Of a DNA stretch of 38,306 bases, positions 1 through 10,914 are shown piece by piece. Source of the stretch: Dehalococcoidaceae bacterium (GTDB lineage: Bacteria; Chloroflexota; Dehalococcoidia; Dehalococcoidales; CSSed11-197); the NCBI GenBank assembly GCA_016928015.1, contig JAFGLQ010000119.1, positions 1 to 38,306 on the forward strand, given 5' to 3'. The translations under genes were made by a program, and so were the position numbers. Within the stretch, counting starts at the first letter, position 1. Each line of letters starts with the position of its first letter. Below the pieces are notes generated by a model. It ran no database searches, was not told where the DNA came from, and was given only the letters and a program-made list of their open reading frames with translations.

Positions 1-473
1 ACTTTCCTTTCAACGAAATCAGCTATAACCGGTATATCGTCAATACTTAAAACACATTTCGTAGATTCTAGTGGCTCCTGGCTGGCAATGGCAACTATGT
101 CAATATCATCTTCAAGCAAAGGCATGCCCGTGCGGTGCACCTCAATCTTGGGAACATTCGAGTGCTTAAAACCTTCGGCAATTACGATGTCATGCCCTTG
201 TCCCAGTAATCCGGCAATAGCATGAATGTCAGTTTCAATGGTTGATCTGCGTATAACCACGATACTGTCATGCGTTTTGAGCGCTGTCGCGGTGCTTCCA
301 GCTTCGATATGTTTCCAGGAATCCTTATCTTTAGAATCGAAGGTTGGCTGACGATGGCTGTCCTTCATGGTAGCCACTCGATAGCCTCTGCCAACAAGCT
401 CACGAACCAACCTTGTAACCAAAGTTGTTTTGCCTGAATTTGAACGTCCAACAATCGCAATTATCGGCAGCAA
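1..473 (-). CDS. mobB: Molybdopterin-guanine dinucleotide biosynthesis protein B (runs off the left edge; missing from the ORF track)
   Basis: Hand translation from TTG at 473 (GGAG RBS upstream) gives MLPIIAIVGRSNSGKTTL..., then RGYRVATMKDSH, DSKDKDSWKH and DVIIAEGFKHSNVPKIEVHR, which are MobB P-loop family motifs. Confidence 0.85.
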   Translation of the reverse strand, partial: MLPIIAIVGRSNSGKTTLVTRLVRELVGRGYRVATMKDSHRQPTFDSKDKDSWKHIEAGSTATALKTHDSIVVIRRSTIETDIHAIAGLLGQGHDIVIAEGFKHSNVPKIEVHRTGMPLLEDDIDIVAIASQEPLESTKCVLSIDDIPVIADFVERK

Positions 474-592
474 GTTTGCCCTCCGTGTAAAATAATGTAT
501 TTGAACGGGGGAAAGCAAAGGTTAGTCAAATCATCTTCAAATATTATATACTTAATGAGCCACAATTTCCTGTAAGAATATTTAATGTAGCT

Positions 593-1624
593 ATGAAAGC
601 CCTTATATTGATTGGCGGATACGGAACCCGGCTTGAGCCGCTTACCGTTGCTACTCCAAAAAGTATGGTACCGGTCATGAACCAGCCTTTCCTGGAATGG
701 GTTATAAGAAGGTTAACAGCCTTCGGTATCAAACAAATCGTGCTGTCTCTCGGGCACCTTCCTGACTTGATTTTGAATTATTTCGGGCAGGGTGATGCAT
801 TCGGAGTTGATATTAAATACGTTATAGAGAACACTCCTCTAGGTACCGGCGGCGGCATAAAAAATGCAGGCAAGTACCTGGACGAAACATTCTTGGTTAT
901 TAACGGAGACGTATTTACAGATATTGATGTAGCGTTAATGAATGAATATCACCATAGAACACATGCACTGGCGACCATTGCGCTGATACCGGTAGATGAT
1001 CCTTCCCGGTATGGAGTAATTGAAACTGAAAACACCGGCAGAGTTAAACGCTTTTTGGAAAAACCTGCCAGAGAAGAAATAACTACCAACCGAATCAATG
1101 CCGGGTTTATTATAATGGAGCCCGAGATTCTCAATTTCATTCCCGAAAACAAAAAATACAGCTATGAAAAAGAATTATTTCCTTCATTGCTTGAAATGAA
1201 TAAAGCCATATTCGGATATAAAACCGGGGAGTACTGGATCGATATTGGTACTCCGGCCAGCTATTTCCAGTTGCACAAGGACCTGCTAAGCGGTCGCAGC
1301 CGGCAGTATAACCCGCCGGTTAAATATATGAACCATTCAGATTCGTCGGTCGAATACGGAGATGGCTTTTGCTCTAAAGACACAGTCGTGCTGGGCAAAG
1401 GATGTGTTACCGGGCCCAAAGTATGCGTGCAGGACAGCATACTTTGGGAAGAGGTGACCGTCGGAGCTAATACCACCATAACAAACTCCATAATTGCCGA
1501 TAAATGTCGAATCGGAGACAACTGTCTTATCGAAGGCGCTGTATTCGGGCAGAAAGTTTCCATCGGATCCAATGTCAATATTTCCGCGGGAAGCCTTATT
1601 TACCCTGATTCAATAATTTGCTAA
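593..1624 (+). CDS. NDP-sugar pyrophosphorylase (mannose-1-phosphate guanylyltransferase-like) with C-terminal hexapeptide repeats
   Basis: MKALILIGGYGTRLEPLT...PKSMVP, LGTGG, NGD, FLEKP and YWIDIGTP motifs, plus a left-handed beta-helix tail. Confidence 0.9.
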   Translation: MKALILIGGYGTRLEPLTVATPKSMVPVMNQPFLEWVIRRLTAFGIKQIVLSLGHLPDLILNYFGQGDAFGVDIKYVIENTPLGTGGGIKNAGKYLDETFLVINGDVFTDIDVALMNEYHHRTHALATIALIPVDDPSRYGVIETENTGRVKRFLEKPAREEITTNRINAGFIIMEPEILNFIPENKKYSYEKELFPSLLEMNKAIFGYKTGEYWIDIGTPASYFQLHKDLLSGRSRQYNPPVKYMNHSDSSVEYGDGFCSKDTVVLGKGCVTGPKVCVQDSILWEEVTVGANTTITNSIIADKCRIGDNCLIEGAVFGQKVSIGSNVNISAGSLIYPDSIIC

Positions 1625-1666
1625 CAGCTCACAGTTAACAGCCTATTAACAAAGGAGAAAATATAC

Positions 1667-3616
1667 ATGCCTGAAATCAAACCTGAGTGCTCTCAGGCCT
1701 CCGGCCCTCAAAAAATATTTTCCTGGCCTTACCACCGGTATATGTCTATGTACCGGCATTCGCTGGAAGATCCTGAATCATTCTGGGCCACCGAAGCCAG
1801 AAAGCTTAACTGGGCTCAGCAATGGGAGAAGGTGCTTGAATGGCAGCCGCCTTACGCAAGATGGTTTGTAGGCGGTAAAATCAATGCATCCTACCAGTGC
1901 CTGGACCGTCATGTAAAAACATGGCGGCGTTCGAAAGTAGCTATCTACTGGGAAGGTGAAAATGGCGAAACCAGGACTCTGAGTTACTCCACCCTCTTCC
2001 GTGAAGTTAACCAGTGTGCCGATGTTTTATTGAAGCTTGGTGTAAAAAAGGGTGATATAGTTGCTCTGTACCTTCCCATGATTACCGAATTACCGGTATT
2101 TATGCTGGCTTGCGCGCGTATCGGTGCGGTGCATACCGTCGTATTTTCCGGCTTGAGCGCCCAGTCACTCGGTGACCGTGTTAATGACTGCAAAGCCAAG
2201 GTAGTGGTTACCGCGGATGGAGGCTATCGCCGGGGTAAAATATTTAAACTTAAGCAAACCGCTGATATCACGGTTAACAGTTGCCCTTCGGTTGAAAAAA
2301 TACTGGTGGTCAAGCGCACCGGTGAAGACGTACCCATGGTTGAAGGCAGGGATTACTGGTACAGTGATTTGATCGATGAAGACGTGCATTACGTGGCACC
2401 TGAAGCCTTTGAGGCAACTCACCCCTTATATATTTTATATACCTCAGGAACAACCGGCAAGCCAAAAGGTGTTGTTCACAGTACTGGAGGCTACCTGGTG
2501 TTCAATCATTCAACTTTTAAATGGATTTTCGACATACGAGAAGACTCTGTGTTCTGGTGTACAGCCGACATCGGCTGGGTTACCGGTCACAGTTACGCTG
2601 TCTATGGTCCTCTTTCTCATGGCGCTGCTATAGTGCTGTATGAGGGGTCTCCGGATTATCCCACCATCGACCGGTGGTGGGATATAATCGAAAAATACAG
2701 TGTAAATATTTTCTATACCTCTCCTACAGCTATCCGGATGTTCATGAAGTACGGTGAAGAATATCCCGCCAGGCACAATCTTTCCTCCCTCGAGCTGCTG
2801 GCCAGCGTGGGTGAGCCGATCAGCGCCGAGGCCTGGTGCTGGTATTACAAGCACATCGGACAGGAAAAGTGCCCCATTGTCGATACGTGGTGGCAGACCG
2901 AAACGGGAGGTTTCATGATCGCTCCCTCACCCGGTATCGAACCAATGCCGCTCAAGCCTGGTTCAGCCACTTTACCCCTTCCCGGCATTGATGTGGCAAT
3001 TCTGGATGCTGAAGGAAACGAATTGGGTACCAATCAAAAAGGTTATCTGGTTATAAAGAAACCCTGGCCCGGAATGCTTATGGATATTTACGGAGATTCC
3101 GAACTTTATAAGAAAAATTACTGGTCACGTTTCAAAGGCGTCTACTATCCGGGTGACTACGCAATGCGGGACGAAGACGGTTATTTCTGGCTCTACGGAA
3201 GAGCTGATGAAGTGTTGAAAGTTGCCGGCCATCGCATCGGCACTGCCGAAATAGAATCTTCGGTTGCCGAGCTCGATGAAGTTACCGAGGCCGCCGTCGC
3301 CAGCCGTCCGGATGAAGTTAAGGGCGAAGCCATAGTTTTGTTTATCAGCCTCAAAACCGGTTACAAGCCATCGGATGATCTCAAGAAGGCTATTGTGGGG
3401 CATATACGAAAAAATATTGGACCGATTGCGGCACCGGATGAAATATATTTTGTGCAGAGTTTACCTAAAACGCGCAGTGGTAAAATCATGCGCCGCGTTT
3501 TAAAGGCAGTTGCGTCCAACCAGGGGCTCGGCGACTTATCCACCATCGAGGATCAGGAATCCGTTACGGAAGTAAAAAAGGCATATGAAGCGCTTAAGGG
3601 CTGTACCAGAGACTAA
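1667..3616 (+). CDS. acs: Acetyl-CoA synthetase (acetate--CoA ligase)
   Basis: AMP-binding YTSGTTGKPKG, DTWWQTETGG and LPKTRSGKIMRR motifs; AAGGAG RBS. Confidence 0.95.
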   Translation: MPEIKPECSQASGPQKIFSWPYHRYMSMYRHSLEDPESFWATEARKLNWAQQWEKVLEWQPPYARWFVGGKINASYQCLDRHVKTWRRSKVAIYWEGENGETRTLSYSTLFREVNQCADVLLKLGVKKGDIVALYLPMITELPVFMLACARIGAVHTVVFSGLSAQSLGDRVNDCKAKVVVTADGGYRRGKIFKLKQTADITVNSCPSVEKILVVKRTGEDVPMVEGRDYWYSDLIDEDVHYVAPEAFEATHPLYILYTSGTTGKPKGVVHSTGGYLVFNHSTFKWIFDIREDSVFWCTADIGWVTGHSYAVYGPLSHGAAIVLYEGSPDYPTIDRWWDIIEKYSVNIFYTSPTAIRMFMKYGEEYPARHNLSSLELLASVGEPISAEAWCWYYKHIGQEKCPIVDTWWQTETGGFMIAPSPGIEPMPLKPGSATLPLPGIDVAILDAEGNELGTNQKGYLVIKKPWPGMLMDIYGDSELYKKNYWSRFKGVYYPGDYAMRDEDGYFWLYGRADEVLKVAGHRIGTAEIESSVAELDEVTEAAVASRPDEVKGEAIVLFISLKTGYKPSDDLKKAIVGHIRKNIGPIAAPDEIYFVQSLPKTRSGKIMRRVLKAVASNQGLGDLSTIEDQESVTEVKKAYEALKGCTRD

Positions 3617-3701
3617 TTGCCATGCCGGACTTTGCAAGTTGATGCTTTGTTGATACAAGAATATTATTGAATAAGAATAGAAAACGTAATTGGATTAATT
3701 C

Positions 3702-4772
3702 ATGCTGAAAAGACTCGACAATATTGTAGCCCGATACAGGGAACTTGAAGAGGAAATAGGTTCTCCTGCAGTTGTTTCCAACCCCAAACGGCTTCAGGAG
3801 ATTGCCCAGGAACGTGCGGGTTTGGAAAACCTGGTTGAAACTTACCATGCCTACAAAGCAGCTGATGCCGAATTGAGTTCTTTGAAAGAAATGCTGAAAG
3901 AGCCCCTCAGTGATGAACTGAAAGAAATGGCCCAGGAAGAAATAGCTGTCCTTGAGAAGAAGCTTGTAGGACTGGATCATGATATAAAACTGGCCTTACT
4001 GCCTAAAGACCCGAGCGATGAACGAAATATTATCATGGAGATTCGTGCAGGGACCGGTGGCGATGAAGCCGGTTTGTTTGCCGCTAATCTGTACAGAATG
4101 TACACCAGGTATGCCCAAATCAAAAACTGGGCGGTTGATATAGTTGACATTAACCAGACGACCATAGGCAGCATAAAAGAAGTCATTTTGGAAATAAGAG
4201 GCGAAGGCGCCTATTCCCGGTTGAAATATGAAAGCGGAGTACACCGCGTCCAGCGTGTGCCTACTACGGAATCTTCCGGCCGAATACACACTTCCACAGC
4301 TACTGTCGCTGTGCTGCCCGAGGCCGAGGAAGTTGAAGTTGAAATCAATCCTGAAGAAATTCGAACAGATATTTTCCATTCAGGTGGGGCAGGCGGCCAG
4401 AATGTAAACAAAGTCGCCACTGCTGTTCGTATTACACATTATCCCACCGGTATTGTGGTAACCTGCCAGGACGAGCGGTCACAGTTGAAAAACCGAAACA
4501 AGGCTATGGCTGTTTTACGTGCCAAGCTTCTTGATTTGGAACGACGCCGACAGGAATCGGAAATAACCTCGCAGAGGCGCTCTCAGGTAGGTACCGGAGA
4601 ACGTGTTGAAAAAATACGAACCTACAATTATCCCCAGGACCGAATTACCGATCACCGAATAGGGTTATCAATGCATAACCTTGAAAAAATCATGGAAGGC
4701 AACCTCGATGAACTGTTTGATTCTCTGGCTACCGAATTTCAAGCCAGACAGTTGGAGGAAGAGCTCATTTGA
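3702..4772 (+). CDS. prfA: Peptide chain release factor 1
   Basis: GGQ motif ([10 protein letters not shown]), PxT codon-recognition motif (RVPTTE), IRTYNYPQ; prmC directly downstream. Confidence 0.96.
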   Translation: MLKRLDNIVARYRELEEEIGSPAVVSNPKRLQEIAQERAGLENLVETYHAYKAADAELSSLKEMLKEPLSDELKEMAQEEIAVLEKKLVGLDHDIKLALLPKDPSDERNIIMEIRAGTGGDEAGLFAANLYRMYTRYAQIKNWAVDIVDINQTTIGSIKEVILEIRGEGAYSRLKYESGVHRVQRVPTTESSGRIHTSTATVAVLPEAEEVEVEINPEEIRTDIFHSGGAGGQNVNKVATAVRITHYPTGIVVTCQDERSQLKNRNKAMAVLRAKLLDLERRRQESEITSQRRSQVGTGERVEKIRTYNYPQDRITDHRIGLSMHNLEKIMEGNLDELFDSLATEFQARQLEEELI

Positions 4773-5599
4773 AAATAGTTGATGCCTTGAAAGAGTCCGA
4801 GCATCAATTAACGTTTACCCGCACCGACGCACCCCTGCTCGAAAGCGAAGTTTTATTACGCCATATTTTAAATATCAGCCGGGCTCAACTTTACATGTCG
4901 CTTCACGATGCTATTACCCAGCAGGACTGGCAATCGTTGCAGTGTATGGTAGAAAGACGATTAGCGGGAGAGCCGGTCGCATACATCATTTCTAAAAAAG
5001 AATTTTATAACCTCGAACTGTTTGTCGATAAAAGGGTGCTGATCCCAAGGCCTGAAACGGAAATACTGGTGGAAGAGGCGCTTAATATTGCACAAGGCAT
5101 TGAATCTCCGGTTATTTGTGACTTGGGCACGGGCAGCGGCGCCATTGCTATCGCGATTGCACATAACAACCCTGCAGCAGAACTGTTAGCCATAGACTCA
5201 AATCCTGAATGCCTTGATGTTGCCGCCATCAACATTCATGCCCTGGGTCTTGATGGCCGTATTATACTGTTGCACGGCAACCTGCTGGAGCCTCTTGAAA
5301 AAACAACTGATATTATTTGCGCCAACTTGCCTTATGTAAAGCATAGTGATATTGACAATAACACATTTGAACCGGTGAATTCCCTCGACGGTGGTATAAA
5401 CGGCCTGGACGTGATACAAATACTCATAAAGGATTACTACCGGTATTTAAATCCCGGCGGAAGATTGCTTATTGAAATCGGAGACGGACAGGAAGCAGCG
5501 GTCAAAACTTTTCTCGGCAGATATACTCCGTCAGTCGCAGTACTATCCCGGAGGGATTTGTCCGGCATAGTACGCATGATAATAGCCAGCCGTACTTAG
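4769..5599 (+). CDS. prmC: Release factor glutamine N5-methyltransferase
   Basis: [18 protein letters not shown] and ANLPY motifs; TTG start overlaps the prfA stop. Confidence 0.95.
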   Translation: MKIVDALKESEHQLTFTRTDAPLLESEVLLRHILNISRAQLYMSLHDAITQQDWQSLQCMVERRLAGEPVAYIISKKEFYNLELFVDKRVLIPRPETEILVEEALNIAQGIESPVICDLGTGSGAIAIAIAHNNPAAELLAIDSNPECLDVAAINIHALGLDGRIILLHGNLLEPLEKTTDIICANLPYVKHSDIDNNTFEPVNSLDGGINGLDVIQILIKDYYRYLNPGGRLLIEIGDGQEAAVKTFLGRYTPSVAVLSRRDLSGIVRMIIASRT

Positions 5600-5612
5600 C
5601 TTACAACCGGTA

Positions 5613-7685
5613 TTAATGCTGCTTGCTTTCTTCCTTGTCTGACTGGGCCTCTTCAGAAATCTTTTGAGCAATATGTGCCGGCACTTCTTCATAGTGGCTG
5701 AATTCCAGGCTGAATTTTCCCCGTCCCTGAGTTATTGACTTCAAATCAATCGCATACCTCTGGACTTCGGCCAGGGGCACCAGCGCTTCAACGATATTAA
5801 CGTCGCCTTCGGGTGTTATTCCATTCACTCTGGCCCGTTTTGTATTTAAATCTCCCACCACATCTCCAGTATGATCGCCGGGAATAACAGCTTTTAACGT
5901 CATAATGGGTTCCAGAAGAACCGGGCTGGCAGCGGCCATACCTTTCTTGAAAGCCTGGGAACCGGCGATTTTGAAACAGATTTCAGATGAGTCCACCGGG
6001 TGAAAGCTGCCGTCATATGCAGTAGCCCTCACGTCTACTACCGGACATCCGGCAATAACGCCTTCTTTGAGCGCCTCAAGGACGCCTTTTTCTACCGCCG
6101 GCAGGTAATTTTTAGGTATTGAGCCGCCGACTACGCGTGTGGCAAATTCATTGCCCGTACTACGGGGCAAAGGTTCTACTTCAAGCATTACATGCCCATA
6201 TTGACCGTGGCCGCCGGATTGTTTCTTATGTTTATGTTCAGCAGTTACCTTTTGTGTTACCGTTTCCTTATAAGGTACTTTTGGAGTTTTCAACTCAACG
6301 CCAACACCGAACTTGCGGTGCATTCTTTCGGCGGCTACATCCAGCTGTGTGTCGCCTGTACCGGAAAGAATAGTCTCTCCGGTATCAGGGTCGCGATGAA
6401 TGCGCATGGTCGGATCTTCCTCAACAATTCGGGCAATAGATGCTCCAAGTTTATCTACATCTTCTTTACTTTTGGGATAAACAGCCGCAGAATAAGACGG
6501 GTCGGGAAAAACGACCGGCTCAATTTTGACCTGACCGGCCTGTTCGCCCAGCGTATCTCCGGTGGCAGTAACAGCGAGTTTGGCTGTAGCCCCGATATCT
6601 CCAGCCGCAACCCGGGTTACGGTCTCCTGGCTTTTACCTCTCGGAACAAACAACTGGCCGATTCTTTCGAAAGCGCCCTGTTGTACGTTGTAAACCTGTG
6701 AATTACTTTCCATTGTCCCGGAATAGACCCTGAACATCGAAAGTTTGCCGACGTATGGATCAGCACTTGTTTTGAATACCAGTGCCGCCAGCGGACTTTC
6801 CTGTCCTGATTTTATATTCTTGACCATTGAATCTTCGGTGAGTTTTACTTCTTTTTCAAGGGGAGATGGCAGTAATGTCTTGATGGCCTGCATCAATGTT
6901 TTTACGCCGATGTTTGCCAGGCCGGAACCGCATAATACTGGATTTATATTTCCTGTTTTTACGGCATTGACCAGAGCAGAAATAATTTCGGCGTCTGATA
7001 TCTCTTCTCCTGCCAGGAATTTTTCTATCAGCGCATCGTCGGTTTCGGCTACAGCTTCTATCATGCGCTCACGATATTCGGCTGCTTTTGCTTTGAGCTC
7101 TTCAGGGATTGGCCCTTCGGTATCGTCGGGGCCTGTGTAGCCTTTTAAGCTGACAAGGTCGATTATCCCCTTGAAATCGGACTGGGAGCCTATGGGAATC
7201 TGTATGGGGAGGCACTTGATACCAAACTTGTCTTGAATTTCATCAACTACCTTAAAAAAGTCGGCATTTTCCCGTTCCATCTTGCTAACAAAAAACATAC
7301 GGCTGAGTTTCTGTTCTCCGGCAAGCTCCCAGGCAATTTCGGTTCCGGTTTTTACGCCTGAATTGGCGCCGATTACTATCAGAGCGCCTTCGCATACCCT
7401 TATCGCCGATTTAACCTCGCCTATGAAATCCGGGTAGCCCGGGCAATCAATCAGATTAATTTTGATATCGTTCCATTCACAAGGCAGAAGGGTGAGATTA
7501 ATGCTTAATTTTCTCTTGATTTCATCGGGGTCGAAATCCGACGTGGCGGTTCCGTTGTCAACTTTTCCCAGGCGGTTTACCGCACCGCTGTTGAATAAAA
7601 TGGCTTCGGAAAGCGTCGTCTTGCCTTCGGAGCCGTGTCCAATAAATACAACATTTCTGATGTTTTCAGCCTGGTACTGGTTCAT
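5613..7685 (-). CDS. fusA2: Elongation factor G paralogue (EF-G2 type)
   Basis: Full five-domain EF-G (KQSGGHGQYG, DGSFHPVDSSE) with a divergent G1 motif GHGSEGKTT; not in the rpsL-rpsG operon. Confidence 0.9.
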   Translation of the reverse strand: MNQYQAENIRNVVFIGHGSEGKTTLSEAILFNSGAVNRLGKVDNGTATSDFDPDEIKRKLSINLTLLPCEWNDIKINLIDCPGYPDFIGEVKSAIRVCEGALIVIGANSGVKTGTEIAWELAGEQKLSRMFFVSKMERENADFFKVVDEIQDKFGIKCLPIQIPIGSQSDFKGIIDLVSLKGYTGPDDTEGPIPEELKAKAAEYRERMIEAVAETDDALIEKFLAGEEISDAEIISALVNAVKTGNINPVLCGSGLANIGVKTLMQAIKTLLPSPLEKEVKLTEDSMVKNIKSGQESPLAALVFKTSADPYVGKLSMFRVYSGTMESNSQVYNVQQGAFERIGQLFVPRGKSQETVTRVAAGDIGATAKLAVTATGDTLGEQAGQVKIEPVVFPDPSYSAAVYPKSKEDVDKLGASIARIVEEDPTMRIHRDPDTGETILSGTGDTQLDVAAERMHRKFGVGVELKTPKVPYKETVTQKVTAEHKHKKQSGGHGQYGHVMLEVEPLPRSTGNEFATRVVGGSIPKNYLPAVEKGVLEALKEGVIAGCPVVDVRATAYDGSFHPVDSSEICFKIAGSQAFKKGMAAASPVLLEPIMTLKAVIPGDHTGDVVGDLNTKRARVNGITPEGDVNIVEALVPLAEVQRYAIDLKSITQGRGKFSLEFSHYEEVPAHIAQKISEEAQSDKEESKQH

Positions 7686-7766
7686 TTTGTCCGCCTTTCT
7701 ATTAAGGATTTATTTATCTGCTGCCCCTATTATAGATAATTTGAAAGTATCGGGACAAACTTCAAA

Positions 7767-8318
7767 CTAAAACAGACTTAATAACCCCGGTGTCACAAAC
7801 GTTTCTATGAATGCTGCCGGTATCAATAGAGCTATCGAAAGGGCAAGATATTTTAAGCTTGAAATTAGGGTTGGCAGTAACATTGCCCTGAGCTCCCGCT
7901 TGAAAATACTTAATGCCAGCGTTGTACCCAGGTAAATAGCGGCCGAAAGACCGATAATAAGGGCGGGGATTTCAAAAATCCCATGCGGTAAAAGCCCCGT
8001 GAGCAAAAAACCCAGTGATTCCTGCTCAATTACCATTGCGCTGACAACTCCAATCACAAATCCATTCAGCCCCAGGGCTAGCAAAGGTACAATGCCAAAC
8101 AGCGGAGACATGATAAAACTGAAAACGATAGCGATTATATTGTTAAATAAAATAATAAAAAATACGGCCGCAGGGCTCAACGATTCGAAATCCTCAAGAA
8201 ATTCACCAAGGGGAGCGATATCTTCAATAGACACATTTAGCGGAATAATGAATCCGGCAGCAACGGCAAATAACAAAATCAGGCTCGAAGCAGCCAGCCA
8301 TTTACGGTAACTTATCAT
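7767..8318 (-). CDS. SpoIIM/DUF95-family membrane protein
   Basis: IFFNN-like ILFNN, NG, LLPHGIFEIPA and AAFIETFVTP motifs; multiple hydrophobic segments. Confidence 0.85.
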   Translation of the reverse strand: MISYRKWLAASSLILLFAVAAGFIIPLNVSIEDIAPLGEFLEDFESLSPAAVFFIILFNNIIAIVFSFIMSPLFGIVPLLALGLNGFVIGVVSAMVIEQESLGFLLTGLLPHGIFEIPALIIGLSAAIYLGTTLALSIFKRELRAMLLPTLISSLKYLALSIALLIPAAFIETFVTPGLLSLF

Positions 8319-8869
8319 AGCGGGTAAGGTTCCCCGAAACGGTTTAAAAAGACCGTTGCTTCAAGCGGTTTTCTGGGAGTCGACCGGGGTTGTTCTGCCG
8401 GATAACCCAGCAGCAACAGCGCCACTGCCGCGTAATCTTGAGGCAGGCATATTTCGCGTGCTACCAAATTTGAATCGAAATAACCTATAATTACGGTACC
8501 AAGACCCAATTGGTGCGCGGCGAGCATCAGATTCTGGGCATACACGCCGGTATCGAACATAAACCATTCAGCCTTATCTGTAACGGGTGAAGAACCGGAA
8601 TACCCGGACAGGCCTTTTTCGGCACATATTACGAGTATAACCGGCGCTTCAAGCGCACCGTCATAGGATCGATTGCCTTTGAGAGCTTCAGCTATGCGTT
8701 TCTTTATTTCAGTATCCTCAACAATGACCACCCGGGCACACTGGCTGTTTTTCCATGAAGGTGCCCATCGGGCAGCTTCAAGTACTTGATACAGTTTCTC
8801 CGGCTCCACCTTAAATTGGCTATAGCGCCGAATAGCACGTCGCGAAGCTATTATCTGCAGTATATCCAT
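8315..8869 (-). CDS. Nitroreductase family protein
   Basis: RRAIRRY, EAARWAPSWKNSQ and QNLMLAAHQLGLGT motifs. Confidence 0.92.
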   Translation of the reverse strand: MDILQIIASRRAIRRYSQFKVEPEKLYQVLEAARWAPSWKNSQCARVVIVEDTEIKKRIAEALKGNRSYDGALEAPVILVICAEKGLSGYSGSSPVTDKAEWFMFDTGVYAQNLMLAAHQLGLGTVIIGYFDSNLVAREICLPQDYAAVALLLLGYPAEQPRSTPRKPLEATVFLNRFGEPYPL

Positions 8870-8875
8870 ACGGGT

Positions 8876-9535
8876 TTACGATTCCTCCCAAGCCTGGCGC
8901 CCGATCAATGAAACAAAACGGCATCCACCAAGGCTGTGCACCTCAATATCATCATGAGTCTTTGTCACTTTAAGCAATTCCTGCTGATGACGGCTGCCTG
9001 CTGGAATAACCATGCGTCCCCCTGTAACTAACTGGTCGAGCAAGGATTTGGGTATTTCGGGCGCTGCAGCCGCAACGAGTATGGCATCATACGGAGCATT
9101 TTTCTTCCAGCCGAGTTCTTCTTCTGCAATCCTGACATCAATGTTGTGATACCCGAGTGTTTTTAAAACCGATTTCGCCCTTGCCGCCATGTCGGGAAGC
9201 CTCTCTACTGTAATAACCTTGGCGGCAAGCTCGGCAAGTATTGCTGCCTGATAACCACTGCCCGTACCGATCTCCAGAACCTTTTCTTCGCCCTTGAGTT
9301 CAAGAGCAGTACTCATTAATGCAACTATATAAGGCTGTGAAATAGTCTGGCCTGAGCCTATTGGCAGCGGGGTATCTTCATAAGCCAGCGCTAATTTTTC
9401 AGGTGGCACAAAGTAGTGCCGCGGCACCTTTGATAAGGCATCCAGAACCCTGTTATCAAATATCCGGTTTCGCAGTTGAGAAACCATCTTTTTTCGTTCA
9501 ATATCATAACAGGACACTGGCTCCATATTGTTCAT
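8876..9535 (-). CDS. pcm: Protein-L-isoaspartate(D-aspartate) O-methyltransferase
   Basis: GQTISQPYIV, VLEIGTGSGYQAA, APYDAILV and CRFVSL motifs. Confidence 0.95.
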   Translation of the reverse strand: MNNMEPVSCYDIERKKMVSQLRNRIFDNRVLDALSKVPRHYFVPPEKLALAYEDTPLPIGSGQTISQPYIVALMSTALELKGEEKVLEIGTGSGYQAAILAELAAKVITVERLPDMAARAKSVLKTLGYHNIDVRIAEEELGWKKNAPYDAILVAAAAPEIPKSLLDQLVTGGRMVIPAGSRHQQELLKVTKTHDDIEVHSLGGCRFVSLIGRQAWEES

Positions 9536-9783
9536 AGAATATATGAAAGGATAATAAGCAGAACAAGCATGATGGCAAAAAGAAGGCCGATTCTCTTCAG
9601 TTCCGGTATTAGGGACCTGGAAACAAAAATATTTCCCGCCTGCTGTTCATTTGGCGGTGCATCAGCGATGCGATCACAGGCAATAGCGGGGTTTGTGCGG
9701 TCTGGCAAACCCGCCGTCTTGGGTGTAATTATTCTTACCGGAGTCCTTTTTGGTTTTCTAAATTTGTTGGCCTTTGAAGACAT
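9532..9783 (-). CDS. Small basic protein with a C-terminal transmembrane anchor (hypothetical)
   Basis: GAGG RBS; Lys/Arg-rich N-terminus and hydrophobic C-terminus (IGLLFAIMLVLLIILSYIL); stop overlaps the pcm start by 4 nt. Confidence 0.7.
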   Translation of the reverse strand: MSSKANKFRKPKRTPVRIITPKTAGLPDRTNPAIACDRIADAPPNEQQAGNIFVSRSLIPELKRIGLLFAIMLVLLIILSYIL

Positions 9784-9805
9784 TTAAATATACCTCAAGA
9801 AATTA

Positions 9806-10714
9806 TTATTTCGCCCGGGGATGGGAGCTGTTATATGCCCGGCGAATATGTTCGGAAGAAACATGGGTGTATATCTGTGTTGTAGAAATATTGGCATGCC
9901 CCAGCATTTCCTGTACTGCACGCAGGTCAGCTCCACCGCTCAGCATGTGTGTTGCGAAACTGTGGCGTAAAGTGTGAGGTGTTACCTTATTGCCCAAACC
10001 TGCGGCCTTGGCATAACCTTTCAGTATTTGCCAGAGTCCCTGGCGGGTCAATCGTTCTCCGCGCTGGTTCACAAACAGTGCTGGTTCATTATCACGGTGA
10101 ACCATCGCCGGCCTTGCATCCTTTATGTAAACTGCAACCGATTGGGCCGCCTGGGGATATATCGGGATAATTCTCTCCTTGCTGCCCTTCCCAAAACAGC
10201 GAATGGTGTTATTAGCTGTATCGATATCTTCCAGGTTAAGGGCAATCATTTCACTGACCCTCATGCCGCTGGCATACAGCAACTCAAGCATCGCACGGTC
10301 CCTTTTTGCTTCCGGCGCGCTGGATTTGGCTGGCTGGCTGATTAGTTCTCGTACTTCAGTTATGGTAATTGCATCAGGCAGCGACTTGCCAACTTTGGGA
10401 GAAGTAACTTTTTCAGCCGGGTTATCAGCCAGTTTGCCATCGGCAACCATAAAATTAAAAAAGCTCTTGGTAGCAGCTACTTTGCGAGCCAGAGTAGTAA
10501 CTGCATAACCTCTGCTTTTGAGTTCTACCATATAGCTGGCCAATCCGTGCTTGCCGAAATTTTGCCAGGAAGGTATAACGCTTCGATAGCGTGCATCGCG
10601 TTCAACGTATTCAACCATCTGCCCCAAATCGTTATTATACGCATCCAGGGTATTTTGAGAAAAGCCCCGTTCAACCTTGAGATAATTTAAGAAATGTTCG
10701 ATATCCTCTTTCAC
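9806..10714 (-). CDS. xerD: Site-specific tyrosine recombinase XerD
   Basis: ELLYASGMRVSE, GKGSKER, HTLRHSFATH, LGHANISTTQIY and C-terminal HPRA. The GTG at 10714 has a GAGGGTG RBS; the ORF track start is 10747. Confidence 0.93.
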   Translation of the reverse strand: MKEDIEHFLNYLKVERGFSQNTLDAYNNDLGQMVEYVERDARYRSVIPSWQNFGKHGLASYMVELKSRGYAVTTLARKVAATKSFFNFMVADGKLADNPAEKVTSPKVGKSLPDAITITEVRELISQPAKSSAPEAKRDRAMLELLYASGMRVSEMIALNLEDIDTANNTIRCFGKGSKERIIPIYPQAAQSVAVYIKDARPAMVHRDNEPALFVNQRGERLTRQGLWQILKGYAKAAGLGNKVTPHTLRHSFATHMLSGGADLRAVQEMLGHANISTTQIYTHVSSEHIRRAYNSSHPRAK

Positions 10715-10812
10715 ACGCTCACCCTCTTTGCAGCTAATGGATACCATATTAACATAACATGATTATATTTTAAACTGTTTCCTACCACTTGCAGGGCTTT
10801 CCAACCAATATA

Positions 10813-10841
10813 TTGACGTCGATGGAACGGTAGAGCATACT
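10813..10841 (+). promoter_or_regulatory. Putative sigma70 promoter TTGACG-N17-CATACT
   Basis: -35/-10 hexamers at 17-nt spacing in the divergent intergenic region upstream of the Ala-rich protein. Confidence 0.5.
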
Positions 10842-10914
10842 ATAACTTGAACCTATGCAGCGTCCCGGCAACCCTGTAATTATTGCCGCTGCTATGTGTT
10901 ACAGGAGAATGAGA

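Noticed and set aside
9806-10747. Tyrosine recombinase as an integrase of a mobile element
   Set aside because: It has XerD-specific motifs and housekeeping neighbours; no att repeats, tRNA target or cargo genes were seen.
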